NCBI GenBank assembly: GCA_035650735.1
Contig: DASRGZ010000093.1
Location: 1-34,522 of the forward strand
DNA length: 34,522 bases
Source: Chthonomonadaceae bacterium
GTDB taxonomy: Bacteria; Armatimonadota; Chthonomonadetes; Chthonomonadales; Chthonomonadaceae
Direction of reading: 5' to 3'
The stretch's first letter is position 1, and each line of letters opens with the position of its first letter. The translations under genes were made by a program, and so were the position numbers. Below the pieces are notes generated by a model that saw only the letters and a program-made list of their open reading frames with translations, was not told where the DNA came from and did not search any database. This document shows positions 9,435 through 18,912 of the stretch, in pieces.

Positions 9435-10553
9435 TTACCCCTGACCATAGCGCCGATTTAAATACTCAATCACGGCCAGCTTCTGTGCTTTTGTCTTTGC
9501 TAGAGTCGCTATGGCGAACCGCGCGCCAAACCCACTTCGATCTCGATATTCACCGACTACCTCATCATCATTAGGCCGCAAGTAAAACACCCGGTCCCTT
9601 ATTCCACGCTGCTTATCATAAGGTAAAGAACGACAAGAGACAATCCAGGCTGTCTCGCGCCAGACCTTTTCCACATAATCATGAAATCCATTGGGATAAT
9701 GGTCATCGGGAAAGGTCGGTTTGCGTCTCTCTTTTTCTAAGGGTATTGCTGGCAGCGTCTTTTCCAAAGGATAGCGCAAGCGAAAACCTTCCAGATACAA
9801 TTGTCCCATAGCAGACAGGCCGATATAACGTTGTTTGTCTACCTCAACTTCCTCTACCAGAGGTAAAAGTGCCTCAGGAACTTCGTCCATGAACGGAATT
9901 GCATCCTCCGTCTCCAGCGCCAAGAGTGTTCCGGCCTCACGCCCCAACAGTTCGTAATCGAATGCAACCGGCATGGGTGGTAGGGCAATCACGCCAGGAA
10001 AATCTTCGTGCTTATAGTAAACGGGAATACCTATCGCCTGCCCGATGATTGCCGACAGGGCGATCTGCGCTTTATAGCCGCCAGTCGCGTTGAAAGCGAC
10101 CCACTCCGAACCACCTGCATTGCGCGTGATTTCGGCCACTTTTTGCACCAGGCGGCGCAGACCCGTTCGGCGAAACCGCTCCTCATTCTCCGCCTGTAAA
10201 CCTTCGATAGTGTGACAAAGAACGCGATGTCCTTGTGCTTCATAGTAGTTGTGCATCAAGGCCTGCATTTGCGAACCTTCCTTAGTGTCGGACAGGCAAA
10301 AATGCAGTGAGGCCGATTCCATGACCAGATGCCGACGATGTATCAACTCGTAGATTGTATTAATCTCTGCTCCACATATCCGCTCGGTCGGCGTTATGTC
10401 CTGCAACAGGCGCGCCGTCCGATGCCAATCCTCCGCTAAGAACGCTGCCGCCAAAGGCGTATCACCTGCCGCGTCGCTCGACGCCAATCTTGTTAAGTTT
10501 GCTAGCAGGCTTGCGCCTACTGTCGTAATCAACGTAGACTTCATCCTTTTCAT
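9435..10553 (-). CDS. CARF-domain CRISPR-associated protein, APE2256/Sso1393 (Crn1-like) family, with an extra C-terminal domain
   Basis: TTVGASLL, GAEIN, SDTKEG, NATGGYK, VYYKHE.F and LPPMP motifs; about 170 aa follow the CARF core. Confidence 0.85.
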   Translation of the reverse strand: MKRMKSTLITTVGASLLANLTRLASSDAAGDTPLAAAFLAEDWHRTARLLQDITPTERICGAEINTIYELIHRRHLVMESASLHFCLSDTKEGSQMQALMHNYYEAQGHRVLCHTIEGLQAENEERFRRTGLRRLVQKVAEITRNAGGSEWVAFNATGGYKAQIALSAIIGQAIGIPVYYKHEDFPGVIALPPMPVAFDYELLGREAGTLLALETEDAIPFMDEVPEALLPLVEEVEVDKQRYIGLSAMGQLYLEGFRLRYPLEKTLPAIPLEKERRKPTFPDDHYPNGFHDYVEKVWRETAWIVSCRSLPYDKQRGIRDRVFYLRPNDDEVVGEYRDRSGFGARFAIATLAKTKAQKLAVIEYLNRRYGQG

Positions 10554-10560
10554 TCCCTTC

Positions 10561-11508
10561 TTACAGACGCATCGGTACCGCTAATCCAAACATCGTGTGG
10601 ATAGTAGTAATGCCGCGTTGGCGAAGTGCCTGGCACTCTGCTGCGGGCAGAAACGCCTCCATCGGCAGGGCGCGCCCGACAAAGAGGCGTTCCGGCGAAC
10701 TGTAAAAGCAGGCTCCCGGTCGCAGCAATACCAGAGGCCGCTTGAAGACGTTCGCCAGCCCAAACTCCGGCCCGACCTTGCCATATTTGATGAAGACCTC
10801 CCAGAACCCCTCCGTCGGATCCCCCGGCGCAGGCTGATAGGAAGATAGAACCAAGACCCCATTGGCGCCCGCGAAGGCGTCCTCCAGCCATGCCATCGGT
10901 TCCAGGGCGGTAGGCGGGGCAAAAGCGCCTTTTCCCGTTGTCGTATCCGCCCCAAAACCGCGATAGGAGAGATACCTGAAAAGCTCCAGGAGAGAGGCGC
11001 GGTAGGTATCCGCCACACGCACATAGACCGAAAGATAAGGCGTCTGTGCGAGGCCCGCGAACCCGGTATTGAGAAAAGTTTCCGCACAAGCGAAAAGGCC
11101 GCCTTCCCCGGTGGTATCCGTCACGCGACTCAACTGGTTGTGCAGGCGATCCACCGTTTGAAACGCCTTATCTGGCAACAATTCGCCGGCGGCAATCTGC
11201 CTGCCTTCCTGGACAGCCCGAAACGCCTCCGAACGCAGCCAGCGCGCGCGCTTGATGGCCTTCCGCTCTGCCTCCCCCCAATCCTGCGTACGCAGGGCCA
11301 GCGGAACCGGCAGCAGGTCGCCGGGAAAAGCATCCGATAGCACGAAAGGAGGCCGGCCTTGCAAGGCCGGCTCCAAAATCTCCTTGTGCAGTCTTTCGGC
11401 TCCCCAATAGCAGGCCGCCATCCCACAGAGCATCCCAAACAGCGTATCCGCCTGCCAGGGCGTCATCCAGGCCGAGAGCGGACGCAGTTTAAGCCGATAG
11501 AGTCGCAT
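10561..11508 (-). CDS. csm4: Type III-A Csm4 (Cas5 group)
   Basis: MRLYRLKLRPLS..TPWQADTLFG, LSDAFP, G-rich loop GFGADTTTGKGAF. Start moved to the ATG at 11508. Confidence 0.9.
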   Translation of the reverse strand: MRLYRLKLRPLSAWMTPWQADTLFGMLCGMAACYWGAERLHKEILEPALQGRPPFVLSDAFPGDLLPVPLALRTQDWGEAERKAIKRARWLRSEAFRAVQEGRQIAAGELLPDKAFQTVDRLHNQLSRVTDTTGEGGLFACAETFLNTGFAGLAQTPYLSVYVRVADTYRASLLELFRYLSYRGFGADTTTGKGAFAPPTALEPMAWLEDAFAGANGVLVLSSYQPAPGDPTEGFWEVFIKYGKVGPEFGLANVFKRPLVLLRPGACFYSSPERLFVGRALPMEAFLPAAECQALRQRGITTIHTMFGLAVPMRL

Positions 11509-12178
11509 TCGCCTCGCTCCATTCGTCCGGAAACTTATCCAGAGAGATACGAGCCACCTTGACGTTCCGGAAGGCCACGCGACCATATCCCTTACTCACG
11601 CCTGCGCCGAGTCCCGTCTTCTCTACTAGATACATGCCATATCGCACAACCTTGAAGAGCGCATGCCCCCCTGTTTGCTCCTGGTAGGTAAAGTTCTGAT
11701 CCAGGTCCCATACTTGAACGCCGATATTGAGATTAAAGGTCGAGCCACTAACAACACGTTCTACTTTGCGCGGATGCAGCGCCGTACCAACCCTGCGATC
11801 AATGATATTCTCTGTCTTGGTTTCAATCTGCCCGCCACTTACCAACGTTGCGTCGCGTACGATGATGCGGCTTGGCCCGAGATCGTGTTGCGCCTTTTTA
11901 TGCGGCCCGAAAATGCGGCAGATGGGGCATTTTTCGCCACCGCAGTCGCACGGCTCGTTTCCATCCTGGCCACTGAATTTCCCTTCCGCCTTCTCCAGTT
12001 CCGAACGCATCTTCCCTTTGAGCGAGGAGCCGGGAATATAGGGCTGGAGCGTTACCGGATGCTTGATGCAGGTCAGGTCGGTTCCGCCAATCTGCAGGAG
12101 ATTATCGCTGCCGCCTATCCGCAGCCCGCTCAGGCACTCAATCGTCGCCTGAATAGTAAAATGCTCTACCTTCTTCAT
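11489..12178 (-). CDS. csm3: Type III-A Csm3 (Cas7 group RNase)
   Basis: GLRIGG..IGGTD (catalytic Asp position retained), PYIPGSSLKGKMRS, Cys cluster, GLGAGVSKGYG. Start moved to the ATG at 12178. Confidence 0.93.
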   Translation of the reverse strand: MKKVEHFTIQATIECLSGLRIGGSDNLLQIGGTDLTCIKHPVTLQPYIPGSSLKGKMRSELEKAEGKFSGQDGNEPCDCGGEKCPICRIFGPHKKAQHDLGPSRIIVRDATLVSGGQIETKTENIIDRRVGTALHPRKVERVVSGSTFNLNIGVQVWDLDQNFTYQEQTGGHALFKVVRYGMYLVEKTGLGAGVSKGYGRVAFRNVKVARISLDKFPDEWSEANATLSA

Positions 12179-12180
12179 CC

Positions 12181-12663
12181 CTATTTCCTTTCGTTGTCCA
12201 GGTATGCCGCGCCGAATCCAACCAACGCCTCGAAATGCCGCAGAAAGCCCTCGAGGAAATCCTTTTGGTTCCTGACGGCTGCGACATTTTGGCGGATAAA
12301 ATCGTGGAAAAGCTTGGGTATCTTCTTTTGCTCTTTGCCAAAGGCGTCTGCTGCCGCGACATCCAGCATAGCGAAGTCCGCCCGTTTGGTTTCCCATGAG
12401 GCCGTTTTAGCGCGGAGTTCGGCCTCGATTGCGCGGCAGTGACTAAAGAAACGCCTTAACTGATTGGATGTCAGCTTGGGTCTGGCACGTTGTGCCATTT
12501 CCCGGATAAGCGGCTCGACCTTCTCGCGGCGAACATAGTCCAGCCGCAGGCAGCCTTCGGCATCGAAATAGCCGTCGCGAAGATAGCCAGGCCATAGTTG
12601 ATCCAGCGTCCGTTCGGGGGTTCTGTCCTGGTAGCTTCCTCCGCTTCCGATCGGTCGGCTCAT
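12181..12663 (-). CDS. csm2: Type III-A small subunit Csm2 (Cas11)
   Basis: 160-aa helical protein between cas10 and csm3; LTSNQLRRFF and FEALVGF motifs. Confidence 0.88.
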   Translation of the reverse strand: MSRPIGSGGSYQDRTPERTLDQLWPGYLRDGYFDAEGCLRLDYVRREKVEPLIREMAQRARPKLTSNQLRRFFSHCRAIEAELRAKTASWETKRADFAMLDVAAADAFGKEQKKIPKLFHDFIRQNVAAVRNQKDFLEGFLRHFEALVGFGAAYLDNERK

Positions 12664-14258
12664 GGTTGCTCTCCTGTGGATGTGCGTGTAGCCATCAGTG
12701 CGTAGCGCAGAATGGCAGGCAGGTAGCGCGTCTCCGTGCGCTGCTGGGCGTCAAAGTCGCGCGTGATCTGGTCTATCCACTTTCGCAGCGCCCGTCGGTT
12801 AGGATCGCGATCCTCGCTGCGGGGATAGTTGCGTTCAACATGGGAGACCAGGCGGGCCGTTGTCAGCGGTTCCTTTTCGCGCGCCTCGGTCATCTGTAGC
12901 AGCGTCTGCAACCAACCACGTTCCGCTGCGTTGCCGGAAACCCATCGCGCCAGGCACTTGGCCCAGTGGGTAATGCGCTCATGCTGCTCCCACTTCCAGA
13001 CCTGTCCGAGGGTGGCGAACTGATTGCGCCCCTGCTCTGGCGGCTCGGTTTTGGCCTTGTCAAGCAGGCGATCCGCCTGTTCTACGGCGCGACGAATGGG
13101 CGTTTTGCGGGGAACGATCGCCATTCCCGCGCTGATGGTCAACTCAAGATCAGCGAATGCCTGCCGGAACAGTTGATGGACATGGAAGGCATAATCGAAA
13201 AGAACATTCCAGGGGCCGACCAGCAACAGATCGTCTCCGCCGGAGAAGATGGTATAGATACTCGCCCATTCCGGTTTGGCCAGTTCGCTATCCAGGCGCC
13301 AGGCGAAAAAGTCGTCAAGCCGGGCGCTGAGGACGGCAAGGGGTTGGAGGTCTTCGGCTTTTTGAAGCTGTTGCTGGATGGTTTTGCCGAGCGAGTCGGC
13401 GTCCATTTTGAGAATGCCCAGGTAGGGGGCGCCGAGGGAGGCGGCGGCGAGAGCATCGAAATCGAACGGGCTGCCGTCTTGTTCGCGCGGAATGTATCGG
13501 CTCAGCGGCCGTAGCAGAACGGACGTAGAGCCTCTGTACCGGGCCGATCCTCCGGAAAGGCTGAAAAGGCAGAGGTCTTCTGGAAGGGGAGCCGGTTCCG
13601 AAGATTCGAGTTTCACTCCAAGGCCAAGGATGTCGAACGGTGTATTTGCAGAAGGGGAACGCACGACCATCCAGTTCGCACGAGGCAGTTCAGCGCCTAT
13701 TTTCAGGTCGAGGGCGCAGGATACGCACAGGGAGAGCGGTTGGTTGTCGGCGTCGGCTTCTCTCTGTGTTGCCCTGCGGCGCTGGCAGATAGCACAGGGG
13801 GGCGTGATGGGATCGAGAATGAGAAAAGACGGATCCCAGATGCCGTTGGCGGTAAACAGAGCGGAGAGCGGTCGGCATTTCGCCTGCTGGAGAGCTTGCA
13901 TCGCGCGATGATATTGTTCCTGCGGAGTACCCTCTTCTTCCTCAAGAAGGAGCGACAGCCGCACTCTGGCGCCAGAATGCTCCAGGAGCCAGCGGGCTAT
14001 CTCCTGCCCTTCGGCCTCCACGTTTTGCCGGGCAGCTAGGCTCAAAGACGGGCCTTGCAGGATGAATTTCCCGGCGGCGCGTAACAGTATCCTATCGAGC
14101 GGCCACCCGGCTGCGCGCAGGAGACGCAGGGCGGCGATCTCGGCCACGATTTGCAGGAAAAAAGAGCGGGCGCGGAGGCGTCGTGACTGTCCGCCGGCCT
14201 GGTCAGCAATATCGAGCAGATAGTCCTGGATGCCGGATAGGTCGCCAACAAGGAGCAT
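12660..14258 (-). CDS. cas10: Cas10/Csm1 lacking the HD nuclease domain, cyclase motifs intact
   Basis: Begins at Palm1 (LLVGDLSGIQDY, LRARSF); CxxC..CxxC; Palm2 KMDADSLG and FSGGDD; GGAGG RBS directly upstream. Confidence 0.93.
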   Translation of the reverse strand: MLLVGDLSGIQDYLLDIADQAGGQSRRLRARSFFLQIVAEIAALRLLRAAGWPLDRILLRAAGKFILQGPSLSLAARQNVEAEGQEIARWLLEHSGARVRLSLLLEEEEGTPQEQYHRAMQALQQAKCRPLSALFTANGIWDPSFLILDPITPPCAICQRRRATQREADADNQPLSLCVSCALDLKIGAELPRANWMVVRSPSANTPFDILGLGVKLESSEPAPLPEDLCLFSLSGGSARYRGSTSVLLRPLSRYIPREQDGSPFDFDALAAASLGAPYLGILKMDADSLGKTIQQQLQKAEDLQPLAVLSARLDDFFAWRLDSELAKPEWASIYTIFSGGDDLLLVGPWNVLFDYAFHVHQLFRQAFADLELTISAGMAIVPRKTPIRRAVEQADRLLDKAKTEPPEQGRNQFATLGQVWKWEQHERITHWAKCLARWVSGNAAERGWLQTLLQMTEAREKEPLTTARLVSHVERNYPRSEDRDPNRRALRKWIDQITRDFDAQQRTETRYLPAILRYALMATRTSTGEQP

Positions 14259-14282
14259 AGCGCTTTCCTCCCTCTCTTGAGG

Positions 14283-14810
14283 TTATCCCCAACATAACTC
14301 TTGATAGGCGCACTTCTTACAGAGGGGCATGGGCTCGGGCACGCGGGGTGGGATGGGCTGCTCGCGCGTCTGCTGTACTCCGGTGAGGATGTGCTCGATC
14401 TCGGCCTCGTACTCCGGGGTCAGCGCCACCTCCTGCCGACGCCGCTGCTTGGGATAGTCAATCAGGCCAGTGGTCTCGACGCCTTTCTCATGCTTGAGGT
14501 AGTAGAGGTAGTAGAGCAACTGGTAGAGGGTGGCTTTCTGGCCGCCTTTGCTCTTCTTGATCTCATGGACGGCTCCGTCCTCGGTGAAGTCCAGGCGCAG
14601 GAGGTCGTCCAGGAGGAGGTCCTTGCGCCGCTGTTGGGGATAGCTTTCCTGGTGGAGCAGCTGGCCCAGGGCCACGTTCTCCTGCCCGACGTTGCCCTGG
14701 ACGTGTTCCTGCTCCATCCCATGAGCAAACCACCAGAGCTTGCGGGGGCAGAGCACATAGTAATGTACTTCCGTTCCCCCAATGCGCAGATCAGCCAAAG
14801 ATGCGTTCAT
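14283..14810 (-). CDS. cas4: Cas4 exonuclease
   Basis: YYVLCPRKLW, EIKKS, QLLYYLY, CKKCAYQELCW (4-Cys Fe-S cluster). Confidence 0.95.
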   Translation of the reverse strand: MNASLADLRIGGTEVHYYVLCPRKLWWFAHGMEQEHVQGNVGQENVALGQLLHQESYPQQRRKDLLLDDLLRLDFTEDGAVHEIKKSKGGQKATLYQLLYYLYYLKHEKGVETTGLIDYPKQRRRQEVALTPEYEAEIEHILTGVQQTREQPIPPRVPEPMPLCKKCAYQELCWG

Positions 14811-17100
14811 ACGCGGCCTCCCGTTCAAATGAGCGCTCCGTCTCAGGCTCGTTGAGCAGACCTAGTTCCGCATCATAGCGGCGATCTACATAATAGACGT
14901 GGTTGGTCTCGTCGTAATCCACCGGCTCACGCATTATGCTAAACGTGGCCGAAGACAGACCTGCGATAAACCCGGCAGCATCGAAGTATCGCTTCTCCTG
15001 GATCGCCTTTTGATACAAATGCTTGAAACGGATAGGAACGACATTATAGTTGTCGAAAAGGTCATAGAAATCGGCATCGCTGCCGCTATAGCCTGGACGC
15101 AAGTTCTGTAGCGTGCTTTCAAAGGAACTCCGTGCCGTATCGTACTTTTGCTGCTCCTCCACAGTATAGCCGCCCTCATAGGCGCGCTCCACCCATTCCC
15201 TTTCTACCGAGGCGAAGAGTTCACAGCCGTCTGGCACATTTCTGCATGTTGCCTCAATGCGCTCCAGACTGTAAACGTGCTTGACCGCCTTTTCCTCAAA
15301 CTGGGTAGCGACATGGACAGGCACAGGACAGCCGTGCTGGTTTAGGCGGTTAACGCGCCCGAATCGTTGAAGCAAAGCATCCACCGGCGCAATCTCCGTG
15401 TAAACAACATCAAAGGAGACATTGAGCGACACTTCCACAACCTGGGTCGAAACAAGGATATCCGCGGCCGGAACTTGTTGCTGGACGATGTCTAGCGAAT
15501 CGGGAAAGGCGGAAAGGCGCTTCTCCTTTTCCATGCGGTCCTTGCTGATAAAGCGGCTGTGCAGCAAGTCCACTCGCTTTCCGTGCAACGCTTCGCATGC
15601 CAATAAGCTGCGGTAAATCTCCTGCGCCTGGGCAACGCGATTACAGACTACCAGCACCTTCCGTCCTGCCAGCGCATCGGCAACGATTTGCGTCATCATA
15701 TCTTCCAGGCGGCAGGCGTGCAGATGCAATCGATGGCGCGCCGTCCGAAGCAGTCGGGCGGCACGGGGATCACTCCCCTCTACAGTTACAATGTGGCTAG
15801 TACCCAGCGCATTTTGCAGCCGCTTTTGGAGGAAGTCGGGGAATGTCGCCGACATGAACAAGAAGCGAACGCTCATGCGTCGCAGCCTGTGAACGCTGAT
15901 TTCAATAAGAGCGGCGACGTGGGCATCATAGGCATGTACCTCATCAAAAATTACCAGGCCTCCCAATAACTCCGCTAGGCCGATCTCGAAGAAGCGGCAT
16001 CCGAACATGAGCTTGAGCAACTGGTAAGGAGTCAGCACCTTGATGGGGCGGTAAAACTGCTCTGTCTGATCCATGCGCTTTCGCGCTGTCCGACTGGCTG
16101 CCTCGTAATTACTTCCATCGAAGTGACGGGCAAACTCCTGGAGCGCTGCCCGATGATGCAGGATACCGATGTTCTCCTCACCGAAGAGCGCTTGCAGACG
16201 CTCTGCCATTTTGTTGATGCTGGCCTGATAGGGAAGCACATAAAAGATACGCTCGCCGCCACGCCGGTTTGCCAACGCCCAATGTAGGGCCGCTTCCGTC
16301 TTGCCCGCCCCGGTTGGCGCTTCTAGCAGGGCGCAGCCTTCAACAGCCTGTATCCTCTTCTGAAATCCTTCTGCCGCACGCACCTTGCCGCCATCCAGCG
16401 CTGTGAGGGGGCCGATCAGTCCCGCGCTGGCAAGGTGGTCACCGGCCATGAGGAGGCCGCGCGCCAGGATCCAGGGTAAACTATCCAGGGTTATGTCGCT
16501 GATATGGGTTAGTATTTCATCAAGCGCATTGCCGGCCTCATGCAAATCCGGCAACTCCTGCGGCGATCCGGGAAGGGAAGCGGGCAGGGGCGGCAGACGA
16601 CCTTCGTCTTGGGCGGTCTTAAGGAAATCGACCAGCCATGTCCAATGTAGGGCCAGCTCTGCAACCTTTCGCCGCCACTTCACCCCCTCTCCCATGTCGA
16701 AGTACTCCCTATCCAATCCCTTCCCGAAAATAGGAGCCAGTTTCCGGTCGTCCAGCGTGCGGTGGTGCGTAAGAACGGAGAACAACAAACGGGAATCGCA
16801 TCGGTCGTGCAGGCCGGTCGCCAGCAAGAGGACCGCAGAAAGCGCTTCATGGCGATACTCCCAGGAAGGCGCTTTTTTGTCTTTCGGTGCCGTTACCATA
16901 TCTTGAAATCCGCTTGCCGCCTTTCCCAGATCATGGAAAAGGGCAGCGTAACGCAGCATCTCGGTGAACCCCTCTGGCACAACCTCGGAAAGAGAAAGGG
17001 ATAGCGCTGCCGTAAGTTGTTCTACAGCGGCATAAACTTCAAGGGTATGTTCATGCAATGTCTGCGGCGGATTTGATTTGGCGAACGGCTCTGCGCTCAT
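14791..17100 (-). CDS. cas3: Cas3 HD nuclease-helicase
   Basis: LHEH, HDLGK, HEALS, APTGAGKT, DEVH, MSAT, TQVVEVS, QRFGRVNR. Confidence 0.97.
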   Translation of the reverse strand: MSAEPFAKSNPPQTLHEHTLEVYAAVEQLTAALSLSLSEVVPEGFTEMLRYAALFHDLGKAASGFQDMVTAPKDKKAPSWEYRHEALSAVLLLATGLHDRCDSRLLFSVLTHHRTLDDRKLAPIFGKGLDREYFDMGEGVKWRRKVAELALHWTWLVDFLKTAQDEGRLPPLPASLPGSPQELPDLHEAGNALDEILTHISDITLDSLPWILARGLLMAGDHLASAGLIGPLTALDGGKVRAAEGFQKRIQAVEGCALLEAPTGAGKTEAALHWALANRRGGERIFYVLPYQASINKMAERLQALFGEENIGILHHRAALQEFARHFDGSNYEAASRTARKRMDQTEQFYRPIKVLTPYQLLKLMFGCRFFEIGLAELLGGLVIFDEVHAYDAHVAALIEISVHRLRRMSVRFLFMSATFPDFLQKRLQNALGTSHIVTVEGSDPRAARLLRTARHRLHLHACRLEDMMTQIVADALAGRKVLVVCNRVAQAQEIYRSLLACEALHGKRVDLLHSRFISKDRMEKEKRLSAFPDSLDIVQQQVPAADILVSTQVVEVSLNVSFDVVYTEIAPVDALLQRFGRVNRLNQHGCPVPVHVATQFEEKAVKHVYSLERIEATCRNVPDGCELFASVEREWVERAYEGGYTVEEQQKYDTARSSFESTLQNLRPGYSGSDADFYDLFDNYNVVPIRFKHLYQKAIQEKRYFDAAGFIAGLSSATFSIMREPVDYDETNHVYYVDRRYDAELGLLNEPETERSFEREAAYERIFG

Positions 17101-17780
17101 GGGCGTCTCAGTATCCTTTCATCGAACAGTGGGACAGCAAGCGATTCCTCTGCTTCGCGATAAAGCAGATCGGGAACGGAGACTGGCTGTGTTCCTTGCA
17201 AGCTGTCGAGGACGTGGAAGGGTTTTACGGCCAGGGGCGTTCGTTCTGGAGCCACTCCGTAGAAGGTCGGAAAGCTCATCACCCGCGACCGCAAGCGCCT
17301 GTCCTGTACTGGAAACGGCAACAGGATACCGGAGACATCCGCCTCCTGCATAAGCTCCAGCGTAGCGCGGCGATGTGCCGTGACAGTCGCAACATCCTGC
17401 GAGCGCCCTAAAAGCAGCGGAAAACGTGGTCGCAGAAACGCATCTGCTACTGCTCCCGGCGCAAGATACAGCGCCAGCCTTGCGCCAAAGAGAAACTGCC
17501 GGTTGACGACGTTGGTCTTAGGAGCGTACTGGCTCTTCACCCATACCGGCCCTCCCTGCTCATAGATGATGATCGTTTCCAGATCTTCCGCCTGGGCATC
17601 ATAGGCAAATCGGTACGCGACCCATGTCTCTCCGGGAGGTATCTCGCGCCCTGCGGCGGCAGCAAGCAGGCCGTATATGGTTGCCGGGGGAGGCACCGGC
17701 GCGGTGACCTGATATCCCATCATTCCGGGAACACGGAAGGAGGCAGTATAGGCCTGAATGTCAATGCGAACCGCCTCCAT
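17097..17780 (-). CDS. cas5: Cas5 (type I-B)
   Basis: TASFRVP, PPPATIYGLL, LLGRSQD. Start moved to the ATG at 17780. Confidence 0.92.
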   Translation of the reverse strand: MEAVRIDIQAYTASFRVPGMMGYQVTAPVPPPATIYGLLAAAAGREIPPGETWVAYRFAYDAQAEDLETIIIYEQGGPVWVKSQYAPKTNVVNRQFLFGARLALYLAPGAVADAFLRPRFPLLLGRSQDVATVTAHRRATLELMQEADVSGILLPFPVQDRRLRSRVMSFPTFYGVAPERTPLAVKPFHVLDSLQGTQPVSVPDLLYREAEESLAVPLFDERILRRP

Positions 17781-17784
17781 AGCT

Positions 17785-18912
17785 TTACCCCAGTCTTTCC
17801 GGTACGACGCCGCTCTCGCGGGCCATGCGCGCAATTTCCCGTATGGCCTGCCCAGGCGTGCCGACCATGAACGAAACCCCCGCTACGCCAGATCGCAATC
17901 TTTCCAGCACCTCGGCCTCGTTTCCCAGAATGCCGGGACGATAGCCGAAGAAGAGCCTTCCGCCTGCAAGGAGCCGATCACGGTAATCGGTGAGAACAGA
18001 CTCAAGGCGTGTAAGGTTTAGAACGACGGTTCCATTCTCACCCGGAGCAAACAGGTTCTGGAAGGGCGCATTGCCGCCATCCAGGAAGCCAAGCAAGATA
18101 ACCGCCGGAACGACATCCGAAAGGTTGCGCGTCAGGTTGGCTCCGTATCGCAGATGGGCCAGAGCCTCTACTGCTTGCGCGACTCGTTCCCTGCGGGTTT
18201 CGAACGGAAGCGCCAGTACCTTCGGCCTGGAAGCGCCGTCCATCTCCCGAACCACAGTGACGCCCTCCGTCGGAGTACCGGTCGGCAGATCGCGCATCGG
18301 GCCGCACTCAAACCGTCCCACATCCGTTAGCGAAAGAGTGAAGACCCCCTGCATGAGCGCAGTATAATGCTCATGTTCAAACGGCACCATATTCGGGTTT
18401 TCCACCGGCAGGTCGCGTGAGAAATGCCCAAAATCCGAAGTAATGACGTTAGGCAGCACGGAAACCAACAAGCTGTTCTTCAACGGGCTGACGCGCCGTT
18501 GGGTTCCGCCTGCCTCCGCGCTTTCTTCGACTTGCGCTGTTCCCCCTTCCGCTAGCGATGATTCGGAAGCTTCCTCCTCCGCCCTTCTGCCTCTCCTTCT
18601 AGGAGCTTTCTTGGCAGCCATATAGCCGAACACATCATCATCCGCATAGCGGATGGGATCGCCCTGCGTGTAGGCAGACTTGGCCTCGCGGGTGACCGGG
18701 CTGGGTTCCCACCCGAAGTCGGCATAAAGCACCTCACGCCACCAACGGCGAATGGCCTGACCGGAGATATAGGGATAGGAATTTCTTCCTACCTGGATCT
18801 GCTTGACAACTACCGCGTTATCGAGGCGTTGACCGGCAGCATTTCCGGCATTGTTCAAAGCCGCGCCGTTGGCCTCAACTAACATCGCGGCAGTCAGAAC
18901 AGGGTAAATCAT
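17785..18912 (-). CDS. cas7: Cas7 (Cst2/DevR family, type I-B)
   Basis: ALNNAG, YPYISGQAIRRWWR, DDDVFGYM, RVSPLK. Confidence 0.93.
   Translation of the reverse strand: MIYPVLTAAMLVEANGAALNNAGNAAGQRLDNAVVVKQIQVGRNSYPYISGQAIRRWWREVLYADFGWEPSPVTREAKSAYTQGDPIRYADDDVFGYMAAKKAPRRRGRRAEEEASESSLAEGGTAQVEESAEAGGTQRRVSPLKNSLLVSVLPNVITSDFGHFSRDLPVENPNMVPFEHEHYTALMQGVFTLSLTDVGRFECGPMRDLPTGTPTEGVTVVREMDGASRPKVLALPFETRRERVAQAVEALAHLRYGANLTRNLSDVVPAVILLGFLDGGNAPFQNLFAPGENGTVVLNLTRLESVLTDYRDRLLAGGRLFFGYRPGILGNEAEVLERLRSGVAGVSFMVGTPGQAIREIARMARESGVVPERLG

Noticed and set aside
12179..12397. Long N-terminal extensions of csm3 (also csm4, cas5, cas4) in the ORF track
   Set aside because: They overlap upstream genes; downstream ATGs match the family N-termini.
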